64,000 nt of DNA from Desulfobacterales bacterium (GTDB taxonomy: Bacteria > Desulfobacterota > Desulfobacteria > Desulfobacterales > UBA5852), in contig CAXXVS010000002.1 of the NCBI GenBank assembly GCA_963674755.2, positions 2,542,730 to 2,606,729 on the forward strand, written 5' to 3'. Numbering within the stretch: the first letter of the stretch is position 1; the number at the start of each line of letters is the position of its first letter. Shown here piece by piece: positions 48,162 through 55,836 of the stretch. The translations under genes and the position numbers were made by a program. The notes beneath the pieces were generated by a model, which did no database searches, was not told the DNA's origin, and was given only the letters and a program-made list of their open reading frames with translations.

Positions 48162-49909
48162 GGCGGTACCGAAAAGCGGCCTTCCATCCGTGCCAGATAA
48201 GTGATCGCCCGGACATTGTGGGGGTTGAAATGAATGGCGTTTTGCAGGCTCCGGGTCGCGGCCTGGCGATCGCCCTGCAAATCCTGCACGATGGCCAGAT
48301 TGAAAAGCACTTCATCGAGGTATTGCGGCATGCTGTCGGCCACCTGGGCATACTGCGCCGCCGCATCCTCATAATGCCCCAGCTTAACATAGGCATAGCC
48401 GAGATTAAAGCGGGCATCCGCCATATCCGGATCTAATGCCAGAACCTGCTCGAAAGCGGCGCTGGCCTGGGGGTAGTCGGCCAGGTTCAGCTGGATCAGC
48501 CCCAGGTTGAAGTACGCCCGTATATTGCCGGGCGCCCGCACAACGATCTGCTCCCAGAGTTCCCGCGCCTTGTGGGGATCGGAATCCATCAAAGCCCGCG
48601 CCTGCTGCTCGAGGGGTGTCGCTTCGGCCGACAGTTCCTGAGCGTCTGACGCTCCAGCGAGACGCCCGCCCGCCCGGGCGTCGTCAAGGGACGCCCCGTA
48701 GTGGCGGGCATCGAAGGCTTTCAGTGATGCCGCCCCTCCCCGACCGGGGATATGCCAGCGCATCCACATGAACAGCGACGCCGCCAGCAGCAGGCCGGCC
48801 AAGCCCAAGGTCAGCCATCGCCCCAGCGGGTTGCGAAAAAGGCGGTTCGATGGCGGGGGAACTTCCGGCAGGGCCCTCTCATCGGGCGTCTCCCGGTCCA
48901 CGGAAGCATGATCGGAAGCGGTTTTGGAACGCTGGGCCATGGGGTCCTCACCGATCAGCGTCTGCAGGGCCGCGTCTTCGGCCGCCTTGTCGTCACGGAA
49001 AAGGTCGCTCACGAGATCGGCCAGATGCCGTTCAAGGGCGCGGTGGGGCAAATCCCCCAGGCATTCCTCCAGAGCGGCCAGAGCGGCCCCGGCATCCGCG
49101 AAGCGTTCCTCCGGTTCCAGGGCCAGCAGATGCCGGAAGACATGGCGCAGTTCCGGGGACAAATCCGGAAGGTGCTCCTCGATCGGAATAAAATCGGCCG
49201 TCTGGGCCCGGCGCAGAATCTCCATGGTATTGCCGTGGTAGAAGCGCCGGCCGGTGAGCAGTTCGTACAGGATGACCCCCACGGCAAAGAGATCCGAGCG
49301 CCGATCGATCTGCCGGCCCCGGGCCTGTTCGGGCGACATATAGGCCACCTTGCCCTTGAGCACTCCCGCCTCTGTCGTGGCGTCGCGATCGGTGACTTTG
49401 GCGATGCCGAAATCGAGAATCTTGACCTGTCCGGCGTAGGTCACAAAAATATTCTGGGGGCTAATGTCGCGATGGACGATCTGCAGGGGGTGGCCGGCCA
49501 TATCGGTAAGCCGGTGGGCATATTCCAGGCCGGAGCAGATGGAAGCCACGACGGAAAGGCTGTTTTCAAGCCCAAGGGGGCGCCGGGCTTCCGCCAGGGC
49601 AGTGGTCAGGGTGCGTAAATCCTTGCCCTGGAGATATTCCATGACGATGAAATAGGTGTCCTGCATGCATCCGAAATCGTAAATCTGGACGATATTGGGA
49701 TGCTGCAGGAAGGCCGCCAGTTTGGCTTCCGCGATAAACGCCGCCACCACCTCCGGATCGACCGTGAAGTGGGCGTGCATCTTTTTGACGGCCACCAGCT
49801 TCTGAAATCCCTGGTCGCCCTGGCTGCAGGCACGGAAAAGCTCCGCCATGCCGCCATAGGCGATGCGGTCCAGGATCTGGTATTTGCCGAATTGGGTGAA
49901 CGCGTCCAT
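48158..49909 (-). CDS. Hanks-type Ser/Thr protein kinase with TM helix and C-terminal TPRs
   Basis: GGMAE, VAVKK, HRDISPQN, DFGIAK, YMSPEQ; TM; TPR repeats. Confidence 0.95.
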   Translation of the reverse strand: MDAFTQFGKYQILDRIAYGGMAELFRACSQGDQGFQKLVAVKKMHAHFTVDPEVVAAFIAEAKLAAFLQHPNIVQIYDFGCMQDTYFIVMEYLQGKDLRTLTTALAEARRPLGLENSLSVVASICSGLEYAHRLTDMAGHPLQIVHRDISPQNIFVTYAGQVKILDFGIAKVTDRDATTEAGVLKGKVAYMSPEQARGRQIDRRSDLFAVGVILYELLTGRRFYHGNTMEILRRAQTADFIPIEEHLPDLSPELRHVFRHLLALEPEERFADAGAALAALEECLGDLPHRALERHLADLVSDLFRDDKAAEDAALQTLIGEDPMAQRSKTASDHASVDRETPDERALPEVPPPSNRLFRNPLGRWLTLGLAGLLLAASLFMWMRWHIPGRGGAASLKAFDARHYGASLDDARAGGRLAGASDAQELSAEATPLEQQARALMDSDPHKARELWEQIVVRAPGNIRAYFNLGLIQLNLADYPQASAAFEQVLALDPDMADARFNLGYAYVKLGHYEDAAAQYAQVADSMPQYLDEVLFNLAIVQDLQGDRQAATRSLQNAIHFNPHNVRAITYLARMEGRFSVPP

Positions 49910-50075
49910 CTGTAAAATCCGGGCAAGCCGCCTTGCCGAAATGCGTCCGTTGACACGGATAAAAGGTTTAATTTTCTGAATATCAAGGTGTTAGGATGGG
50001 ATCAACCGCAATCTCCCCGAAGCGGACCGCCTGCCGTTGGCCTAAGCCCCATGGGAGGCCAAGGGCTGCCTCCCG

Positions 50076-51386
50076 CTATAGCGGCATACCCGCCTGGCGG
50101 TTCAGTTTCGCCCAGTAGCGCCGGTAGGCCAGATGCGGCGGCTTTCCCCGGGGCACGTTGTCCTCGGCAAGACGTTCGATCTGCGCCTCGGTCCAATCCC
50201 GGGCGCGCCGAAACGCATCGCAGGTGAGGCCGTGGGCCTCAATGCCCTGAACCTTGCGGGCCTCTCGAAGCAAAGCCTCCTGCAGGGCCTGCTGCCCTTC
50301 CCGACAGGCTTTGCGACCGCCCTCGAAATCGAATAACAGGCGGCGGTGGAATTGCTCGTGGAACCACCACAGCGCGGCCGGATCGAACCGGCTGCCGGGA
50401 GGCGGACCGATATCCGGCAGCACGTCGCCGTCGAACCAGACCGGCTTGAAGATGGCGCTGCAGGGCGCCGCCGTGCCAGTCACCCAGACCGTCACGCGAT
50501 CCGGCTTCAAGTGGGCCACCAGGGAACCGGTCGTTTGGGCGATCTTGCGGGTTAAGCCATTGGTGGCGTGGGCACAGATGCGATCGCCCATCCAGTGGCT
50601 ATCCGGACGGTAGGAAGCTGTCCCATGGTCCTGCAGCAACCCTATCGCATGGCGGGCATCGATCTGTCCCTCCACGCCTGACAGCTGGCCCTGGGCAAAA
50701 GATCGGCGCGTCCGGGCGGCGGCCAAGAACGTGTAAAGCCAGTTGGAAAACTGACGGGCGAAATGCAGGGGTTGCCCTCCTTTTCCGAACCGGCCTAAAT
50801 CAGGATGCCCCCTATCAAAATCCTCGCCAAGGGTCAGTCCATTGCTGATGGCGTAAATCCCCCGGATATGCTTGGCCGCCCAGTAGGGTCCGGCGGTTTC
50901 CAGAACCCAAGCCGTCTGAGGGTCGGCCAGGATAAAGCTGTTGTGGTAGATCATGCGGCGGTCGCGGTAGCCGCAGATGCCGCCCTGGCCGTAATCGCGC
51001 AGAAGTCCGACAATGACCTCGACACCCTGCTCTGCGGTGCGGGCCCGCTCCAGGGCCAGCCGCACCATGTCCATTCCGGTGAGCCCCCCTTGGCGATTCA
51101 GGGGCATCCGGGTCCAGACGGCTTCGTTGCCGACCACCAGCCCCGCTGCATTGGCCCCTATTTCCGCCCCCCACATCCAGAACGGGCGGCACAGCAGGAC
51201 GGGCTGGGTATCCGACACCTGGGGGATGTCGATGTAGGTGCACTTCAGGCGTGCCCCGGAAGGATATTCCCTTGCCGGATGGTATTCCAGAGCCTGGGCC
51301 TCGTTGGCTTCCCGATTGCTGTTTTTGCCAAAAACGACAGAGCCGTCCGCCGTGGCGGCGGCGGTCGCTACAAAGGTGTCACACAT
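50076..51386 (-). CDS. Peptidase C69/secernin-like Ntn hydrolase
   Basis: N-terminal MCDT, FGKNSNRE, WMWGAEIGAN, GMDMVRLALER. Confidence 0.9.
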   Translation of the reverse strand: MCDTFVATAAATADGSVVFGKNSNREANEAQALEYHPAREYPSGARLKCTYIDIPQVSDTQPVLLCRPFWMWGAEIGANAAGLVVGNEAVWTRMPLNRQGGLTGMDMVRLALERARTAEQGVEVIVGLLRDYGQGGICGYRDRRMIYHNSFILADPQTAWVLETAGPYWAAKHIRGIYAISNGLTLGEDFDRGHPDLGRFGKGGQPLHFARQFSNWLYTFLAAARTRRSFAQGQLSGVEGQIDARHAIGLLQDHGTASYRPDSHWMGDRICAHATNGLTRKIAQTTGSLVAHLKPDRVTVWVTGTAAPCSAIFKPVWFDGDVLPDIGPPPGSRFDPAALWWFHEQFHRRLLFDFEGGRKACREGQQALQEALLREARKVQGIEAHGLTCDAFRRARDWTEAQIERLAEDNVPRGKPPHLAYRRYWAKLNRQAGMPL

Positions 51387-51393
51387 GGGCTGT

Positions 51394-52335
51394 TCACCGT
51401 TTGATGGATCCGGGGAGGATGAATTCGTAGCGCCGACGGAAAAAGCGTTGGGTCAACCAGCGATCTAACTTGCGAAATGCCAGAAAAACGGACCAGATGA
51501 CGCGATCGCTGCGGTAGTAGCGATCCACCTCCGCCACTGCGATGGGCTGCGTCAAGATCTTCGAGCGCTCGCTGATGAGAGCCGCAACGGGTGCGATCAG
51601 GTCCGGCCGCTGCTCCTTGTGGAGATTGGCGATCAGGTCGATCAGCACATCGCGGTGGAGATAATAGCGATTCATCACATCGTCCAGGAAAAAGCGCCGG
51701 AGGATCCATCGCAGGGGGGCCGGCGCACTTTTCAACAGTTTCTCGGGATCCAGCTGTTCGCGTCCTTCGATCCGAAAGAGCGGCGTACTCGTATCGATAT
51801 ACAAAATCCGATCTTCCGGATCGTTCGCCAGGCAGGCCCAATTGGACAGCTGGCCGTCCAGGGCGATTTCCAGATGCGGCTTGCGGGTCGCATTGAAGGC
51901 CCAGACCCCGTCGATCAACGCCGTGATCCTGGCGATCATGGACAGAACGACCTCATCTTCGTTCCGCTGGATCAGGTGGTGGGCGAAATCCCGGTCCGGC
52001 AGTTGCCGCTGGGCGATATAGAGGGCCACGCCGCCGGCCGACGGCACGGCGGCGGCGGCCTGACCCGGCAGCCGCAGACCGGCCTCCCCGAGGTGACGGC
52101 AATAGCGCCGGAACATGTCCGCGTAGTTCTCGGCCTCTTCTATGGCCCGGAAGATCGGCAGGCGCTTGAAGGCGATGCCCGCCATGTCCTGGACGGCAAA
52201 GATGCTCGATATTTCGCCGAACCCCAGAATGCGGGCGGGAATCCGGGAAGCTTCAGGGTGCTGGGGGTCTAAACCTTCTTCGAAATCAGCCAGAAAGTCG
52301 GCATCGACCTCCAACGGTTGTTCCCATGAATTCAT
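51394..52335 (-). CDS. DUF6206-like protein with protein-kinase-like motifs
   Basis: LGFGEIS, AFKRLP, DGQLSNW, YIDTSTP; family name recalled, not searched. Confidence 0.75.
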   Translation of the reverse strand: MNSWEQPLEVDADFLADFEEGLDPQHPEASRIPARILGFGEISSIFAVQDMAGIAFKRLPIFRAIEEAENYADMFRRYCRHLGEAGLRLPGQAAAAVPSAGGVALYIAQRQLPDRDFAHHLIQRNEDEVVLSMIARITALIDGVWAFNATRKPHLEIALDGQLSNWACLANDPEDRILYIDTSTPLFRIEGREQLDPEKLLKSAPAPLRWILRRFFLDDVMNRYYLHRDVLIDLIANLHKEQRPDLIAPVAALISERSKILTQPIAVAEVDRYYRSDRVIWSVFLAFRKLDRWLTQRFFRRRYEFILPGSIKR

Positions 52336-52410
52336 AAGGCCTCGATTGCCGCGGTGTCCCTCCGGCTATAAATTCGGCGTGCAGGAACCGGTACAGGGAT
52401 TGGTGCCATA

Positions 52411-53658
52411 TCAGCCCAAGGCGGCACGAAAATCAGCCGCCGCCGCGAGCGCGCGATCGAGCCGCTCCATGACCCATGGCATCTCTTCGAGGGTCATGAT
52501 CAGGGGCGGCAGGCATTGACAGACCGCAGGGGCGTTGTTGGCATAGACCATGAGCAGGTCGTTGTCGTAAGCACATTTGGAAAGAATCGGACCGCAGAGA
52601 TCGTCCTGCAGCTCCAGGCCCATCATCAGACCCAGCTGGCGCAAACCGCGTAAAAACGGCGCATACCGGCCTTGAAGGGCTTCGACCCCTTCCCGGAAGC
52701 GTTGCGCCAATTCCCGCACATGGGACAGAAATTCGGGCCGAGCCGACAGCTCCAGCACTTTGCGGGCCACCGGGCATCCCAGTTCGGCGCCGCCGAACGT
52801 CGAAATGTGGATGAAGGGATCGGCGTGAAAAACAGCCTCCAGGGGCCGCCGCAAGAGCGTGGCACTGATGGGGTAGAGGCCGCCCGACAACCCCTTGCCG
52901 ACGATCACCATGTCCGGCAGGAGACCGAAATGCTCGAATCCCCAGAACCGTCCGGTACGGCCGAGTCCGGTCTGGACCTCATCCAGGATCAGCAGGGTGC
53001 CGGCCAGGTCGCACAACCGTCGGACCTCCGCGAAATAAGTTTTGCTGGCCTGCACCATGCCGAGGGTGGCGGGCACCGTTTCCAGAATGACGGCGGCCAC
53101 GGTGCTGTCCAGAACCGCTTTCAGGGCCGGCAGATCGTCAAACGGCACCTGGGTGAATCCGGCAGGCTGGGGGCCGAAAGGCTGGCGGTATCGGGCATCG
53201 CCCGTTGCCATGGCAAGTCCGGTATGGCCGTGGTAGCCTCCCTGGGCGGAAATGATGACGCTGCGGCCGGTATGGGCCCGGGCCACCTTGATGGCCAGAT
53301 CCACGGCCTCGCCGCCCCCTGAAGCGAAAATAGCGTAGTCCAGATCCCCGGGCGCAAGGGCGGCCAGATCCCGGGCCAGGGCGGCCCGTTCGGCGCTGAT
53401 GAGATGATGGTTGCCGATATCTAGCCGGTCCAGGCTTTCCTTAAGAACGTTCACGAGAACCGGGTGGCGATGGCCAAGATTGAAAACGCCGCCGTTGGAA
53501 TGCAGGTTGAAGAGCTTTCTGCGGCCGTCCAAATCGTGCAGCCAGGGCCCCTGCCGGGCCCCCATGACAAAATCCATGCCGAAGCGCTTGAAGAACGCGA
53601 CTTTACCGGAGGACACATGCGCTTCGAAGGCGTTGATGGCGTCGTTTCTGGTTGTCAT
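52411..53658 (-). CDS. Class III PLP-dependent aminotransferase
   Basis: GGEAVD, GYHG, LILDEVQTGLGRTG, GKGLSGG, STFGG. Confidence 0.92.
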   Translation of the reverse strand: MTTRNDAINAFEAHVSSGKVAFFKRFGMDFVMGARQGPWLHDLDGRRKLFNLHSNGGVFNLGHRHPVLVNVLKESLDRLDIGNHHLISAERAALARDLAALAPGDLDYAIFASGGGEAVDLAIKVARAHTGRSVIISAQGGYHGHTGLAMATGDARYRQPFGPQPAGFTQVPFDDLPALKAVLDSTVAAVILETVPATLGMVQASKTYFAEVRRLCDLAGTLLILDEVQTGLGRTGRFWGFEHFGLLPDMVIVGKGLSGGLYPISATLLRRPLEAVFHADPFIHISTFGGAELGCPVARKVLELSARPEFLSHVRELAQRFREGVEALQGRYAPFLRGLRQLGLMMGLELQDDLCGPILSKCAYDNDLLMVYANNAPAVCQCLPPLIMTLEEMPWVMERLDRALAAAADFRAALG

Positions 53659-53739
53659 TGAATTCTCGATGGCCTGCGGGACGCAGGGCCGCCGGATGGG
53701 ATCGGCTGGACCGGTTGGATTCTTCCCGCTATTCCCGGT

Positions 53740-53943
53740 TTACCATAGGGGGATCTTTCCCAGAACATCCGGATGGCGGTTTTCCATCCAGACGCGCAAC
53801 GGCTCGGGGGCAGGCGGCGCCTCTTCGCCCGGAAGTGAAAAATCTCCCATCTTTTCAGCCTGATAGCGGTTATAGGCATCCAGAAGATCCGGGCTGTTAT
53901 TCTTGAGCCACATCCGAATCTTAGCATCCGTCATTTTGTCCAT
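53740..53943 (-). CDS. Small hypothetical protein (67 aa)
   Basis: GAGGA RBS; internal pseudo-repeat IRMWLKNNSPDLL / LRVWMENRHPDVL. Confidence 0.6.
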   Translation of the reverse strand: MDKMTDAKIRMWLKNNSPDLLDAYNRYQAEKMGDFSLPGEEAPPAPEPLRVWMENRHPDVLGKIPLW

Positions 53944-54151
53944 AAAATCCTCAACGCCTTGTTTCACAGGTTTAAGGTATGGTGGCAACCCGCAGCGCCC
54001 GCGCATGGGGCGGTGGCCTTCGTCGCAATGGCATCCTCGTCAAGGGGAGCTCCTCCCGACGCGGTCTTCTGGCCGCCTGCTTCGCAGGACGAAGGCGATT
54101 TGCCTTCCGTATCTATTGAAATTGCCCGGTCATGTCAAATGCGGCCGGCGC

Positions 54152-55000
54152 CTATCCCGTCTCTTTGAATATCAGATTGGCCAGACGCACGAACTCTTCG
54201 ATGGTAAGGGTTTCGGCCCGACGCCGGGGATCGATATCCGCCTGGCCAAGCCATGCTTCCACTCGGGCGTGATCTGCATGGAGGATATTGCCGGCCATCG
54301 CATTGCGCAAGGTTTTACGCCGCTGTGAAAAACCGGCCTTGACCACCCGGGACAGCAGGCCTTCGTCATCGGCGGGATGCGCGATGCGTTCCTTGAAAAT
54401 GACTTGGATGACCTGCGAATCCACCTTGGGTTGGGGGTAGAACAGGCGGGCCGGCGCTTCGGCCACCACCCGGACATCGGCACAGTACTGGAGCATGACG
54501 GACAGCCGGCCGTAATCGCGCTTGCCCGGGGGTGCTGTCAGGCGCTGGGCCATCTCCTTCTGCAGCATCAGCAGGGCCCGCCGGATATAAGCCCGCGCGG
54601 CGATCAGATGAACGATGATCTGGGAAGACAGGTTGTAGGGTAAATTGCCGATGACCACGCCCCGGGATTGGCCGGTGCCGAAAAAGGCCTTGAAATCGAC
54701 GGTGAGGATATCCTGATGTACCAACTCCACGTTGGCGAGCTTCTGCACCGCCAGCTCGGTGCGCAGCAGCTCCAGCAGTTGGGCGTCCTTGTCCACTGCC
54801 ACCAGGCGGGCCGCCTGGCGTGCGGCCGGGATGGTGATCGCCCCCAGTCCGGCGCCGATTTCGAGCACATGGTCGCGGGCGGTCAGTTCCGCAGACCCCA
54901 CGATGGTATCCGCCAGGGGTTGATTCAGGAGGAAATTCTGGCCCAGCTGTTTTTTGGGTTTCAGATTCCAGGCTTTGAGCAGAGTACGCGGCGATGTCAT
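54152..55000 (-). CDS. rsmA: 16S rRNA adenine dimethyltransferase
   Basis: KKQLGQNFL, LEIGAGLG, GNLPYN, MLQKE, QRRKTLRN. Confidence 0.95.
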   Translation of the reverse strand: MTSPRTLLKAWNLKPKKQLGQNFLLNQPLADTIVGSAELTARDHVLEIGAGLGAITIPAARQAARLVAVDKDAQLLELLRTELAVQKLANVELVHQDILTVDFKAFFGTGQSRGVVIGNLPYNLSSQIIVHLIAARAYIRRALLMLQKEMAQRLTAPPGKRDYGRLSVMLQYCADVRVVAEAPARLFYPQPKVDSQVIQVIFKERIAHPADDEGLLSRVVKAGFSQRRKTLRNAMAGNILHADHARVEAWLGQADIDPRRRAETLTIEEFVRLANLIFKETG

Positions 55001-55335
55001 GACCGCTGGATTCCTTTGGCTTACGTTACGCTCCGGCGTTAAATTGCCTGTTTTCCCGGGGCCCCTCTTTCCCGGCCGCCGATAACGGGCGGGCGTGATC
55101 TGACTACCGGAAAGCGGCCGGCTTGGCAAGCGTTTAACAGGGTTGCCGCCGCCGGAGGTTTTCCCGGGCCGTGCCCCGGGCCGCAGTGGCCGACCCAAAG
55201 TGTTCGCGAAGTGCTTCTTTGACTTATCGGTGGGCTGTCCTATGCTTGACTTTAGCTATATTGGAAGTAGTTTTTGCCAGCCGCCGGACGGCGTACCATG
55301 ACATGCGCGAGCACCTTTGCGGCAAGGAGGAAGGC

Positions 55336-55707
55336 ATGATGCGCAAAAAGGGAAAATCCGTCAGTTTCGATGCCATGGTGAAATTTTTTATCCAGAATTA
55401 CAACATTCCGACCAAAAAAGACTTGGATAATCTACAGGCCCGGCTCGACCGTATCGAACAGCTCATCAAATCGGACGGGGCCCGAGGCAGCACCGCCGTG
55501 ACTCCCAAAGGCGTCGGTAAAAAAGCCCCTCTGACCGCCCTCGAAACAGTCCATAATATCATCAAACGCTCCCGTGACGGGACTACTTTCAAGGAAATCC
55601 AGACCCAAACCGGATACGGCGACAAAAAAATCCGCAATGTGATTTTTCGCTTGCACAAAATGGGAAGAATCGAACGCAAGCACCGCGGCGTCTATATCCC
55701 GTCTTGA
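55336..55707 (+). CDS. Coiled-coil plus winged-HTH hypothetical protein
   Basis: AAGGAGG RBS; NIPTKKDLDNLQARLDRIE; EIQTQTG..KIRNVIFRLHKMGRIERKHRGVY. Confidence 0.75.
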   Translation: MMRKKGKSVSFDAMVKFFIQNYNIPTKKDLDNLQARLDRIEQLIKSDGARGSTAVTPKGVGKKAPLTALETVHNIIKRSRDGTTFKEIQTQTGYGDKKIRNVIFRLHKMGRIERKHRGVYIPS

Positions 55708-55836
55708 ACCGAAACGATGACTCCCCGCCCTGAATCACCCGTCCATACGGCCGTTCCCGTCCATCGACCTGCGGCGGCAACGGATGGCAGGCGGGTAAAC
55801 AACCTTTCTCATAACCACAATAAGGACCATCTGCCC

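Noticed and set aside
53984..54104. Canonical c-di-GMP-I riboswitch
   Set aside because: Lacks the GNRA-capped P2 and GCAAA junction; kept only as an unclassified structure.
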